A stretch of 49,915 nt of DNA from Desulfobulbus sp. (GCA_041738515.1 JBGSPP010000299.1:1-49915); one strand, 5' to 3'. Shown: positions 1 to 9,561, counted from the first letter of the stretch. Notes: generated from the sequence alone by a model not told the origin. Program-made: numbers and translations.

Positions 1-1
1 C

Positions 2-1045
2 CGCGCCGAACGCCCCAGCCTGCGTCGGGACAATCCCTACGCAATGGCGCAGCAGGCCCAAAACCGGCCCGTGTTCGCCCCGCCACCGGTCGAGCGTTCC
101 CAGCCAGGCGAAGACATCCAGAACGAACTGGCCGAACTGCGCAACATGGTCAAGGGGTTGTCCAACCGCATCACCGGTTTGGACCCCTCGGCCCTGCGCA
201 AGCCCTATGTCGAGCCGGAATTCGCTGCCGCCGCGACCGGCGGCGGGGCCGATCCGGTAATCGGTTATCTCACCGGTTTTGGCATCAACCAGGAGACCGC
301 CCAGGTGGTGGCCCGATTCACCCGCGATGCCATCGATCAGTCCGCCGGCATGGACAATTCGGACCTGGCCGCCGTGTTCAAGGCTGCTATTTCCCGCCTG
401 TTCACCACCGAGCAGCTGTTTCTCGAGTCACCACCCATGCGCCAGCGACGGATCAGCCTGATCGGCCCCACCGGCGTCGGCAAGACCACAACACTCGCCA
501 AGATCGCAGCCCAGCATCTCGGTCGCTTCGGCAGCCGGATCGCGCTGATCACCATCGACACCTACCGCATCGCCGCGGTCGAACAGCTCAAGGTCTACGG
601 TGAAATCATGCGCCTGCCGGTGGAGGTGGTGATCAAGCCGCAGGATCTGGACCTGGCCCTGGAAAAGTTCCGTGAATATGACCTGATCCTCATCGACACC
701 GCCGGCCGCAGTCCCCGGAACAGCGTTGACCTGGAGGAGATGGCCACCTTCCTCCGGCCGGAACTGGGCATTGAAAACCACCTTCTCCTGCCGGCCACGG
801 CCAGGGAGCGGGAGATCGAGGAGATCATCCGCCGGTTTGGCATCCTGCCGATCAGCAACTTCATCTTCAGCAAGATCGACGAGTGCGGCCAGTTGGGCGT
901 GCTGCTCAACGTCCACTACAAGAACGACACCCCGATCTCCTTTCTCACCAATGGTCAGCGGGTTCCGGAGGACCTGATCATGCCCTCGCCATCCGTTATC
1001 GCCGATCTCATCATGAACGACCAAGGAAGTGCGTACCATGGCTGA
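2..1045 (+). CDS. flhF: Flagellar SRP-type GTPase FlhF (5' end lies outside the window)
   Basis: GPTGVGKTT, DTYRIAA, DTAGRS, SKIDE and GQRVPEDL motifs; frame open back to base 2; followed by flhG and fliA. Confidence 0.95.
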   Translation, partial: RAERPSLRRDNPYAMAQQAQNRPVFAPPPVERSQPGEDIQNELAELRNMVKGLSNRITGLDPSALRKPYVEPEFAAAATGGGADPVIGYLTGFGINQETAQVVARFTRDAIDQSAGMDNSDLAAVFKAAISRLFTTEQLFLESPPMRQRRISLIGPTGVGKTTTLAKIAAQHLGRFGSRIALITIDTYRIAAVEQLKVYGEIMRLPVEVVIKPQDLDLALEKFREYDLILIDTAGRSPRNSVDLEEMATFLRPELGIENHLLLPATAREREIEEIIRRFGILPISNFIFSKIDECGQLGVLLNVHYKNDTPISFLTNGQRVPEDLIMPSPSVIADLIMNDQGSAYHG

Positions 1046-1931
1046 ACGCACAACGCGTCCCAACGATCAAGCGCTCACCTTGCGGGCCATGAACCGGCCG
1101 GCAGCGGGTGACGGCCCTGGCCACGCCACCCGGGTCTTTTCCATCACCAGCGGCAAGGGCGGCGTCGGCAAGACGGCGGTGGTGGCCAATCTTGCTGTCC
1201 TGCTCGCCCGCATGGGCAAGCGGGTGCTGATCCTCGATGCCGATCTCGGCCTGGCCAATATCGACGTTGTCTTCGGGCTGGCGCCAAGCCACAACCTCAA
1301 CCACTTTTTCACCGGTGAACAGGAACTGGCCTCAATCCTCGCCGACGGGCCGGAAGGGATCAAGATCCTGCCGGCCGGGTCCGGGGTGCAGCGATTCACC
1401 CGGCTGGACACCGGGCAGAAAATGCGCTTGCTCGAATCGCTGGACGCCATGCATAACGATTTCGACTTCGTCCTCATCGACACTGAGGCCGGCATCTCGG
1501 AGAACGTCACCTACTTCAATACCGCGGCCCAGGAGATCCTGGTGGTGACCACGCCGGAGCCCACCGCCATCACCGATGCCTACGCCCTGATGAAACTGCT
1601 CTCCAACCAGTACCATGAGAAGCATTTCAGCCTTATCGTCAATTTTATCCGGCACGAGGAAGAGGCCCTGGACGTCTACCGCAAACTGACCATGGTGGCC
1701 AACCGCTACCTGGATATCTCCATCGATTATATCGGTTCGATTCCACGGGATAAACTGATGGTCGACGCCATCCGCAAGCAGCAGGTGCTGGTGCAGCTCT
1801 TCCCCGACTCGAAGACCAGTTTCGCCTTCGAGGCTCTTGCCAGGACCATCATGCAGGAGCCGCAGACCATCGAGCCCAAGGGGTCGATTCAGTTTTTCTG
1901 GAAACGACTGCTGGAGTTCGGCGCCAAATGA
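1038..1931 (+). CDS. flhG: MinD-like flagellar number regulator FlhG/FleN
   Basis: Deviant Walker A SGKGGVGKT, DADLGLANID, TPEPTAITDAY, C-terminal amphipathic FFWKRLLEF; directly after flhF. Confidence 0.93.
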   Translation: MAERTTRPNDQALTLRAMNRPAAGDGPGHATRVFSITSGKGGVGKTAVVANLAVLLARMGKRVLILDADLGLANIDVVFGLAPSHNLNHFFTGEQELASILADGPEGIKILPAGSGVQRFTRLDTGQKMRLLESLDAMHNDFDFVLIDTEAGISENVTYFNTAAQEILVVTTPEPTAITDAYALMKLLSNQYHEKHFSLIVNFIRHEEEALDVYRKLTMVANRYLDISIDYIGSIPRDKLMVDAIRKQQVLVQLFPDSKTSFAFEALARTIMQEPQTIEPKGSIQFFWKRLLEFGAK

Positions 1932-1978
1932 ACACTCCCGGCGCCGCATATTGCTGTCCAGCCAACGGATGATGCCCA

Positions 1979-2713
1979 ATGTATCCCCCGGTACCGCCCC
2001 TTGATGACCGCTCCCAGCTGATCCGGGAAAACATGCCCCTAGTCGAGCTGGTGGTGCAGCGCATGGTCCCTCAGGTGCCGAGTTTCATGACCAAGGAGGA
2101 CATGATCAGCGCCGCCATGGTCGGTCTGGTCGATGCGGCCAACAAATTTGATCCGACCAAGGGCGTCAAGTTCAGGACCTTTGCCGAGCACCGGGTCCGC
2201 GGCGCCATCCTCGACGAGATGCGCAAACTCGACTGGTTCTCTCGCTCCATGCGCGACAAGCAAAACCAGCTCACCCAGACCATGCTCCGCCTCGAACGCC
2301 AGCTGGGCAGGTCGCCCGAGGATCCCGAAATGGCGCGAGCCTTGAACATCAGCCTGGACGAGTACCACGACCTATTGGCCGAAGTCAGCCATCTGGGCTG
2401 CGTCAGCCTGCACGAGACGCTGGATCACTCCGAGGAGGGCCGCAGCTTCCTCGACAATCTCGAGGACGCCGCCGGCCCGGACATGACCGATCTCATCGAG
2501 AAGCAGGAAATGACCCGGATCATGGCCGACATCCTCGAGGAACTCTCGGAAAAGGAACGGCTGGTCGTGGCCCTCTACTATTACGAGGAACTGAGTCAGA
2601 AAGAGATCGCCGAGGTAATGAGCCTCTCCGAAGGGCGGGTGTCGCAGCTGCACAGCCAGGCCCTGCTCAAGCTGCGGGTCAAGCTGATCAACTCCGAGCT
2701 CTACGAGCCCTGA
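1979..2713 (+). CDS. fliA: Flagellar sigma-28 factor FliA
   Basis: FRTFAEHRVRGAILDEMRKLDW and region 4 LYYYEELSQKEIAEVMSLSEGRVSQLH. Confidence 0.95.
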   Translation: MYPPVPPLDDRSQLIRENMPLVELVVQRMVPQVPSFMTKEDMISAAMVGLVDAANKFDPTKGVKFRTFAEHRVRGAILDEMRKLDWFSRSMRDKQNQLTQTMLRLERQLGRSPEDPEMARALNISLDEYHDLLAEVSHLGCVSLHETLDHSEEGRSFLDNLEDAAGPDMTDLIEKQEMTRIMADILEELSEKERLVVALYYYEELSQKEIAEVMSLSEGRVSQLHSQALLKLRVKLINSELYEP

Positions 2714-2739
2714 CCACCCCGCCAACACAAGGAGCCCCC

Positions 2740-3171
2740 ATGTCGACATTGACCGCCACCCTGCTCGCCAGCCTGCCGGCCGTCGCCCTCTGCCTCGCCT
2801 TCTCGCTAATCTTGGTCAAACGCCGGCGCGAGACGGACCGGCTTGCGGCCCAGCGGATAGCGACCCTGCAGGAGAAGATCGGCGCCGCGCTCCAGGACGG
2901 GTTTGACCAGGCCTCGCCGGAGAGCTTCACCACCATGCTGCGCACCGCCAGCCTGACCACCGGCCTGCAGGCCCCACGACTGCAGACCATGGCCGGAATG
3001 GACAAGCAGGCCCCGGAGAAATACCGCATCCTCGCCAGGCTCGCCTCCCAGGGTCTGGGTGCAGACGAGATCGCGGCGGCGCTGGGCATTTCGCGCGATG
3101 AGGCCGGGCAGTTGCTCAGCCTGAACCGGATAGCGGGCACGGGCCGTAGCCAGGTGGCGTTCACTGCTTAA
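2740..3171 (+). CDS. Single-pass membrane protein with C-terminal DUF2802-like (SwrB/FipA-like) helical domain
   Basis: N-terminal hydrophobic helix followed by KRRR; C-terminal LASQGLGADEIAAALGISRDEAGQLLSL; AAGGAG RBS upstream. Confidence 0.6.
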   Translation: MSTLTATLLASLPAVALCLAFSLILVKRRRETDRLAAQRIATLQEKIGAALQDGFDQASPESFTTMLRTASLTTGLQAPRLQTMAGMDKQAPEKYRILARLASQGLGADEIAAALGISRDEAGQLLSLNRIAGTGRSQVAFTA

Positions 3172-3195
3172 GAAATCAAGGCTGCCAACCGACAA
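3168..3195 (+). promoter_or_regulatory. Weak candidate sigma28 promoter upstream of flgF
   Basis: TTAA(G)-N15/16-ACCGACAA; poorer match than the other sites. Confidence 0.3.
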
Positions 3196-3237
3196 GAGAA
3201 ACACAGTCTACCCATCCAGACAGCGAGGCAAACCAGC

Positions 3238-3978
3238 ATGGGTTCCGGCAAATACAGCGCGCTCAGCGGCGCGGTGGCTCGGGAGCAGGCGATGAGCAAT
3301 ATCGCCGGCAACCTGGCCAACGTCAACTCCACCGGGTTCAAGAAGAACCGCATCAGCTTCGCCGCCATTCTTCGCGGCGCGCAGCAGGTGACCGCCGACA
3401 CCCGGGGCATCAACTTCACCCGCATCCGCAAGATCGGCACCGACTTCAGCCAGGGCGGCATGCAGGACACCGGCCGGCCGCTGGATGTGGCCATTGACGG
3501 TGAAGGGTTCTTCAAGGTGCGCCGGGGCAACGACGTGTTTTTTACCCGCACCGGCCATCTGATGATCGATGAAAACGGCATGGTCAAGACCGAGGACGGC
3601 CTCAATGTGATCGATGCCGGCGAAGAACCGCTGCAACTCCAGACCGCAGCCGGTCAGAATGTCTCCATCGACGAAAGCGGTGGCATATCCATCGGCGGAG
3701 AGCCTTCGGGCAGCCAGATTCAGGTGTTCTCGGTCAACGACCAGGACAAGTTGGTCAAGGTCGGCGGCTCGCTCTACAAACTCGATGAGGGAGGAACCTC
3801 GCAACCTGCCGAAACCTTCCGGGTGGTGCAGGGCAGCCTGGAGTCCTCCAATGTCAATATGGTCGAGGAAATGACCAGCATGATTGCCACCCAGCGCTCG
3901 TTCGAAGCCCACCACAAGGTGCTGGAAAGCTACTCCAAACTCGGCGAGAAACAGGACGAGTTGGGCACGGTGGGTTAA
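3238..3978 (+). CDS. flgF: Flagellar basal-body rod protein FlgF
   Basis: NLANVNSTGFK, TGRPLDVAIDGEGFF, LESSNVN; precedes flgG. Confidence 0.9.
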   Translation: MGSGKYSALSGAVAREQAMSNIAGNLANVNSTGFKKNRISFAAILRGAQQVTADTRGINFTRIRKIGTDFSQGGMQDTGRPLDVAIDGEGFFKVRRGNDVFFTRTGHLMIDENGMVKTEDGLNVIDAGEEPLQLQTAAGQNVSIDESGGISIGGEPSGSQIQVFSVNDQDKLVKVGGSLYKLDEGGTSQPAETFRVVQGSLESSNVNMVEEMTSMIATQRSFEAHHKVLESYSKLGEKQDELGTVG

Positions 3979-4033
3979 CAGCCCAAAACATGACGGACTG
4001 ATTTTTTTCCTATAACCACGAGGCACGCGACCT

Positions 4034-4816
4034 ATGCGATCACTCTGGACAGCGACCACCGGCATGTCGGCGCAAAACCTGAATATAGACGTCATTGCCA
4101 ACAACCTGGCCAACGTCTCCACCTCCGGCTTCAAGAAGAGTCGGGCCGATTTTCAGGATCTGCTCTACCAGATCATGAAGGTGCCAGGCAGCCCCACCTC
4201 GGCCGACACCCGCTCACCCACCGGCATTCAGGTCGGCCTGGGCGTCAAGCCGGCAGCGGTGACCAAGGTCTTCACCGAGGGCGACATCGTCCAGACCGAG
4301 AATCCGCTTGATGTGGCCATCGAAGGTGCGGGCTTCATCCAGGTGGTCATGCCCGACGGCAACGCCGCCTACACCAGGGCCGGCAACCTCAAGCTTGACG
4401 GCGAAGGCCGGCTGACCACCTCGGACGGCTACACCATCGAGCCGGAGATCGTCATCCCCGAGGATGCGCGCGAGATCACCATCAGCGAGTCCGGCGTGGT
4501 CAGTGCCATTGTCGGCGACGACACCACCTCCACCGAGCTGGGCAACCTGGATCTGGCTGACTTTGTCAACGAGGCCGGGCTGATGGCCATCGGTAAAAAT
4601 CTGTTCCGCGAGACCGAGGCCTCGGGCGCTGCGGCCACAGGCACGCCGGGCAGCGAGGGCTACGGTCGGCTGCTGCAGGGGTATGTTGAAAACTCCAACG
4701 TCAACCTGGTGGCGGAGATGGCACACATGATCACCACCCAGCGGGCCTTTGAGATCAACTCCAAGGTGGTCACCACTTCGGATGAAATGATGCAGACCAC
4801 CACCAATATGGTGTAA
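4034..4816 (+). CDS. flgG: Flagellar distal rod protein FlgG
   Basis: 260 aa; IANNLANVSTSGFKKSRADFQDLLYQ, GIQVGLGV, QRAFEINSKV. Confidence 0.96.
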   Translation: MRSLWTATTGMSAQNLNIDVIANNLANVSTSGFKKSRADFQDLLYQIMKVPGSPTSADTRSPTGIQVGLGVKPAAVTKVFTEGDIVQTENPLDVAIEGAGFIQVVMPDGNAAYTRAGNLKLDGEGRLTTSDGYTIEPEIVIPEDAREITISESGVVSAIVGDDTTSTELGNLDLADFVNEAGLMAIGKNLFRETEASGAAATGTPGSEGYGRLLQGYVENSNVNLVAEMAHMITTQRAFEINSKVVTTSDEMMQTTTNMV

Positions 4817-4820
4817 TGCG

Positions 4821-5768
4821 TTGAAGTATCTGCTGCCGCTCCTCCTGGTCCTGCTGGCCTTTGCCCCCGAGACCCGGGCCCAGGTGGCGGTGCACTTCCA
4901 GGCCAAGGCCAGCGTCGTCGGCCCCAGGATCACGCTTGCGGATATCGCCAAGATCACGCCCGCTGGCACTCAGGCTGAGGCCGTGGGTAAGCTGCCGGTG
5001 GCTACCTCACCCCCTCCCGGGAAAACTAAGGAACTGTACGTGGTCACGGTCATCACCTCCCTGCGCAACCGACCGGAGGCGGCCGAGGTCGACTGGCAGG
5101 GCAGCGAGACCATCCTGGTTGAGCGCAAGGGCGCCAGCATCGGCCAGGAGCAGCTGCGGAAGATCATCGAAGACTATTTGAAGGAGAACGCGGCCAAAAT
5201 GCCCAGGGCAGAGGTCCGCCTCGCCTCGTTCAAGGCGCCGGAACAGCTGGTCCTGCCTGCGGGCGAACTGGGCTGGAAGGTCATTCCTTCTCGACCGGAC
5301 ATCCTCAGCAGTTCGAGTTTCACCATCCAGTTTTTGGTGGACGGCAGGCCCGCCGGCAACTGCATTGTTCGCGGCAAGCTGGAGGCCATGGCCGAGGTCG
5401 CCACCGCCGTCGCCACCCTGCACAAGGGCGACACCATCACCGAGGAGATGGTAACCCTGGAGCGACAGCGGGTCGACAATCTGACCAAACCGTTCCTGGC
5501 CAAGGAAGAACTGATCGGCATGCAGGTGGCCCGCACCGTCAATGCCGGCAAGCCGATCGAGCAGGAGCACATCGCCTCGCCGCCGGTGATCAAGGAAGGC
5601 GACCTGGTCAGTATCTTCGCCCGCAAAGGGGCCTTGAACCTCTCCACCAAAGGGCTGGCCAAAACCGACGGCAGGCTAGGGGAAACCATCCAGGTGAAAA
5701 ATATCGGTTCCAATAAATTGATCCATTGCCGGGTCGATGGCCCAGGCATCGTTTCCGTGGAGTTCTGA
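4821..5768 (+). CDS. flgA: P-ring formation chaperone FlgA
   Basis: Signal peptide, SAF-like region, C-terminal GLAKTDGRLGETIQVKN; between flgG and flgH. Confidence 0.88.
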   Translation: MKYLLPLLLVLLAFAPETRAQVAVHFQAKASVVGPRITLADIAKITPAGTQAEAVGKLPVATSPPPGKTKELYVVTVITSLRNRPEAAEVDWQGSETILVERKGASIGQEQLRKIIEDYLKENAAKMPRAEVRLASFKAPEQLVLPAGELGWKVIPSRPDILSSSSFTIQFLVDGRPAGNCIVRGKLEAMAEVATAVATLHKGDTITEEMVTLERQRVDNLTKPFLAKEELIGMQVARTVNAGKPIEQEHIASPPVIKEGDLVSIFARKGALNLSTKGLAKTDGRLGETIQVKNIGSNKLIHCRVDGPGIVSVEF

Positions 5769-5770
5769 CC

Positions 5771-6514
5771 ATGCGCCGAGCAACCGTTGCACCCCATGCC
5801 GTCTGTGCCGCCTCGCGGCAGACCATGCCCAGGATTCTGATGGCCATGGTCCTGCTTGTCAGCCTGACCGCGGCCGGTTGCAGCAACAAATCCAATGAGG
5901 TAAGCGTGGCTCCCGAACCGCTGCTGGAGCCGGTGGCCGCGGACCCCAAACCGCAATCTCCGGGCACCCTGTGGAACGGAGACGAAGGCAGCTGGCTGGC
6001 CGATGTCAAGGCCCGACGAGTCGGCGACATCGTCACCGTGATTATCCAGGAGAAGGCCAGCGCCTCCAAGCAGGCCACCACCGACACCGACCGTTCCTCC
6101 TCGATGACCGCCGGCATTTCCAGCCTGTTCGGCTACGAAAAGGTGATGGAGGAAAAGAATGCCAATCTCGATACAGCGGCCATGGTCGACGCCAACTTTG
6201 ACAATAAATTTTCCGGCACCGGCAAGACCACCCGCACGGAAAATCTGGTCGCCACCCTGACCACCCAGGTGATCGAGGTTTTTCCCAACGGCAACCTCAA
6301 GATTCGCGGCGGCAAATCGGTAACGGTGAACAACGAGAACCAGATCATCTACCTGACCGGCATTGTTCGCCAATATGACGTCACCGCAGACAACACCGTG
6401 GATTCGGGCAACATTCTCAACGCCCAGATCGCCTATACCGGCAAGGGAGCGATCTCCGACAAGCAGAAACCGGGCTGGCTGATGCGCATTTTCGACAACG
6501 CCTGGCCCTTCTGA
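5771..6514 (+). CDS. flgH: Flagellar L-ring lipoprotein FlgH (alternative start 5825)
   Basis: Lipobox TAAGC, KARRVGDIVTV, PNGNLKIRG, C-terminal KPGWLMRIFDNAWPF. Confidence 0.93.
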   Translation: MRRATVAPHAVCAASRQTMPRILMAMVLLVSLTAAGCSNKSNEVSVAPEPLLEPVAADPKPQSPGTLWNGDEGSWLADVKARRVGDIVTVIIQEKASASKQATTDTDRSSSMTAGISSLFGYEKVMEEKNANLDTAAMVDANFDNKFSGTGKTTRTENLVATLTTQVIEVFPNGNLKIRGGKSVTVNNENQIIYLTGIVRQYDVTADNTVDSGNILNAQIAYTGKGAISDKQKPGWLMRIFDNAWPF

Positions 6515-6537
6515 ACCCCTCAAGCACTTAGACGCCC

Positions 6538-7659
6538 ATGAACCACAACCGCTTTGCTCTCCTCGGATTCGTCCTCCTCGTCGCGCTCCTGGCCGCAGTA
6601 CCCCAGGCCGGCGCGACCCGCATCAAGGACCTGGCCGACATTGAGGGCGTGCGCGACAACCAGTTGATGGGCTATGGGCTGGTCATCGGCCTCAACGGCA
6701 CCGGCGACGACATCAAGAAATCGGTGTTCACCAAGCAGGCCATCATCAACATGATCAAACGGATGGGCATGGGCATTCCCCCCGACGTGTTCAGGCAGAT
6801 GAAAACCGACAACGTCGCCGCAGTCATGGTCACGGCCCAGTTGCCGGCCTTTGCCCGGCCTGGCTCGGCTATCGACATTCTCGTCAGTTCGATCGGCGAT
6901 GCCTCCAGCCTCTCTGGCGGCACCCTGCTGATGACGCCGCTCAAAGGACCGGACGGCAACACCTATGCCGTGGCCCAGGGGCCGCTGGCCGTGGGCAGCA
7001 TCGCCTTTGGCGGCAAGGCGGCCAAGGTGCAGAAGAATTTCCCCACTTCGGGGCGGGTCACCGGCGGGGCCATTGTCGAGCGGGCCGTCAACTACAGCCT
7101 GCCGGACTCCGGCGAACTGCTCTTTCAGCTGCGCGCCACCGACTTCACCACCGCGGCCCGGATGGCCGAGGCCATCAACGGCCATTTTGGTGACGGCACC
7201 GCCCAGTCGTTAGACTCGCGCTCGGTCAAAGTACATAAACCGACAGAATACACGGGCGAGATGGTGACCTTCATTTCGGATCTGGAGGCCATCGACATCG
7301 AACCCGACACCCCGGCGCGAATCGTGGTCAACGAGCGCACCGGGACCATCGTCATGGGGCAGGACGTGCGCATCTCCACCGTGGCGGTGTCGCATGGCAA
7401 CCTCAACCTGATCATTTCCGAATCGATCCAGGTCTCCCAACCCAACCCCCTGGCCGCAGGCACCACCGTGGCCACGCAGACCACCACCATCAACGCGGTG
7501 GAAGAAGAAGGCAACCTGGTGGTCATGCAGATGGGGGTCAACATCGGCGAGGTCGCCAAGGCGCTCAACGCCATCGGCGCGACCCCTCGCGACCTGATCG
7601 CCATCTTCCAGGCCATAAAGGCTGCAGGGGCATTGCAGGGTGAGTTGGTCATTCTCTGA
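6538..7659 (+). CDS. flgI: Flagellar P-ring protein FlgI
   Basis: RIKDLADIEGVRDNQLMGYGLVIGLNGTGD, VNERTGTIV, AIKAAGALQGEL. Confidence 0.97.
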   Translation: MNHNRFALLGFVLLVALLAAVPQAGATRIKDLADIEGVRDNQLMGYGLVIGLNGTGDDIKKSVFTKQAIINMIKRMGMGIPPDVFRQMKTDNVAAVMVTAQLPAFARPGSAIDILVSSIGDASSLSGGTLLMTPLKGPDGNTYAVAQGPLAVGSIAFGGKAAKVQKNFPTSGRVTGGAIVERAVNYSLPDSGELLFQLRATDFTTAARMAEAINGHFGDGTAQSLDSRSVKVHKPTEYTGEMVTFISDLEAIDIEPDTPARIVVNERTGTIVMGQDVRISTVAVSHGNLNLIISESIQVSQPNPLAAGTTVATQTTTINAVEEEGNLVVMQMGVNIGEVAKALNAIGATPRDLIAIFQAIKAAGALQGELVIL

Positions 7660-7723
7660 TTGCTCATGTTCCCACTGCATATTTTAACGCAAACCGGTCA
7701 AACAGCACCTCAAGGCACAGCGC

Positions 7724-8038
7724 ATGAAATCCACCATCGATCCCAAGGCAGCCGTGGCAGCCGCGCAGCAGACCCCGGACGTACGCAAGGCGCAGCGGGA
7801 CAGAACATCGCTGAAAAAATCCTGTCAGGAATTCGAGGCCATTTTCCTCCAGTCCATGTTCAAGGCCATGCGCAAGACCGTCCCCGATGGTGGCCTATTC
7901 GAGGAAAACACCGCCTCCGAGATATACCGGGACATGCTCGACCAGGAAGTCGCCAGCAAAATATCGCGCCAGCAGAGCCTCGGTCTGGCTGATCAGATGT
8001 ACCGTCAGATGAATAAAAAACTGCCCCCGGAAAAATAA
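7724..8038 (+). CDS. flgJ: Short FlgJ (rod-binding domain only, no muramidase)
   Basis: CQEFEAIFLQSMFKAMRKTV, LGLADQMYRQM; follows flgI. Confidence 0.85.
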   Translation: MKSTIDPKAAVAAAQQTPDVRKAQRDRTSLKKSCQEFEAIFLQSMFKAMRKTVPDGGLFEENTASEIYRDMLDQEVASKISRQQSLGLADQMYRQMNKKLPPEK

Positions 8039-8086
8039 CCCCGCCTTCCCCCTTCTTTCCTGATGAAAAAAAATTCGTTTTTTTTA

Positions 8087-8114
8087 TAAAGTTTCTTCCG
8101 GAGGCTTCCGATAA
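8087..8114 (+). promoter_or_regulatory. Sigma28 promoter for the unknown ORF-flgM-flgN unit
   Basis: TAAA(GTTT)-N16-TCCGATAA preceded by A/T tracts (UP-element-like). Confidence 0.8.
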
Positions 8115-8119
8115 AGAGC

Positions 8120-8187
8120 TAACAGGAAGAAAAATTTCCTGTTACCGGAGGGCCAGGATGGCCCGGAAACGCTGCAGGGAGGCAGGA
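8120..8187 (+). promoter_or_regulatory. Leader with six GGA motifs including a CsrA-type hairpin
   Basis: GGGCC-AGGAT-GGCCC at 8150-8164; TAACAGGAA/TTCCTGTTA stem at 8120-8144. Confidence 0.65.
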
Positions 8188-8192
8188 ATACC

Positions 8193-8759
8193 ATGGTAAC
8201 GAGCGTACATCACAGCCAGACTCTTCATTCGCTTTCCACCACCCAAAGCAAAAGCCTGGACCTGACCGTTTCATCCAGTGGCAATAAACACGGTGCGCAG
8301 ACAAGCACTACCGACACTATCAGTCTGCGAAGCGAATCATCCCTTTCCGTCACCTACTCCGGCAGCCTGCAGATGGACGACGGAGGTTCGGCACGGTATG
8401 GGATGTTGCAGAAACTGGTGGCCAACTTACTGAAAGAACAAGGCATTGACACCAAGATCGCGATCGGCGAAACCGAAATCGACATCGCCGCCATCACCCC
8501 TGAGGAAGCCCAGGAACTGGTCAGCGACGACGGCTATTTTGGTGTCAAACAGACATCCGAGCGGATTTTCCAGTTTGCGGTAGGCATCGCAGGCGGCGAT
8601 CCAACCCGGATCGAGGCGATCAAGGAAGGAATCGACAAGGGCTTTGCCGAGGCCAAGGAAGCCTTTGGCGGCTGGTTGCCGGACATCTCCTACGAGACCT
8701 ACGATGCGGTGATGAAGAAGCTCGATGACTGGGTGGCCGAGCCTGGGGCAGTGGCCTGA
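8193..8759 (+). CDS. Uncharacterised sigma28-associated protein
   Basis: 188 aa; Ser/Thr-rich N-terminus; C-terminal PEEAQELVSDDGYFGVKQTSERIFQFA...KGFAEAKEAFGGWLPDISYETYD; promoter and RBS upstream. Confidence 0.75.
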   Translation: MVTSVHHSQTLHSLSTTQSKSLDLTVSSSGNKHGAQTSTTDTISLRSESSLSVTYSGSLQMDDGGSARYGMLQKLVANLLKEQGIDTKIAIGETEIDIAAITPEEAQELVSDDGYFGVKQTSERIFQFAVGIAGGDPTRIEAIKEGIDKGFAEAKEAFGGWLPDISYETYDAVMKKLDDWVAEPGAVA

Positions 8760-8785
8760 ACCCATATTGAAAGCAGGTGAATGAC

Positions 8786-9073
8786 ATGACTGTAGAATTT
8801 TTTGGAGTACGAGGCATGGGGCAGATTGGTGGCATAGGAAAAACCAGCCGCCCGGGCGAGGCCCAGAAATCGGGCAAGACCGAAGGCAAGGAAAGCGCCT
8901 CCTTCTCATCGGCGCTGCAGGGGGCAACCGCGGCCCAGGCTGCCGGCAAGACCGAGGACGCCGAGCGCGCCGCCCGTGTGCAGGAATTGAAAGCGCAGGT
9001 TTCCAGCGGCCAGTACCAGCCGGATCTGGACAAGGTCGCCGCCAGCCTGCTCAAATTCCTGGCCAACGGTTGA
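8786..9073 (+). CDS. flgM: Anti-sigma28 factor FlgM
   Basis: RAARVQELKAQVSSGQYQPDLDKVAASLL; precedes flgN. Confidence 0.88.
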   Translation: MTVEFFGVRGMGQIGGIGKTSRPGEAQKSGKTEGKESASFSSALQGATAAQAAGKTEDAERAARVQELKAQVSSGQYQPDLDKVAASLLKFLANG

Positions 9074-9100
9074 GACAACCAATCCGCACGGAGGCAAGCC

Positions 9101-9454
9101 ATGGACCGCAAGACCGTCCGCGAACTGCTGATTCAATTGCGCGACACCATCCGCGACGAGCGCGAGCACGCCAAGGCCCTCGATATGGAGGCCATGCTTG
9201 CCGACGTCAAGCGCAAGGAGGCCCTCATCCGGGCGCTCGGCGCCGTGGATCAGCTGCACCCGGACGAACGCGAGTATGCCCGCGAGGTACAGCGGGAAAA
9301 CCGCCGCAACGCCTTCCTGTTCCGCGAGACCCTCAACTGGATACAGGACACCATGGTGTTCTTTGGCCGGAAAACCGTGCCTTCCACCTACAGCCAGCGC
9401 GGCACCGCCCAAAATAATACCATCAACGGCCGTCTGCTCTCCGGCCGAATCTAA
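9101..9454 (+). CDS. flgN: Export chaperone FlgN-like
   Basis: Helical protein with VQRENRRNAFL and C-terminal TYSQRG; between flgM and flgK; GGAGG RBS. Confidence 0.75.
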   Translation: MDRKTVRELLIQLRDTIRDEREHAKALDMEAMLADVKRKEALIRALGAVDQLHPDEREYAREVQRENRRNAFLFRETLNWIQDTMVFFGRKTVPSTYSQRGTAQNNTINGRLLSGRI

Positions 9455-9561
9455 ACCACCGCCCCCACCGCCTGCAGGGTTCGTTCCCGTTGCCCCGGCC
9501 GTCGCTTGCGTCCGCCGGGTGTTCGTTGCTCCACTCCCCCGAGTTAATCCGTCGTTCGCTC

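Noticed and set aside
9455-9560. Pyrimidine-rich flgN-flgK spacer with recurring GTTCG(T/C)T
   Set aside because: Short, irregularly spaced motif; no convincing structure or riboswitch consensus
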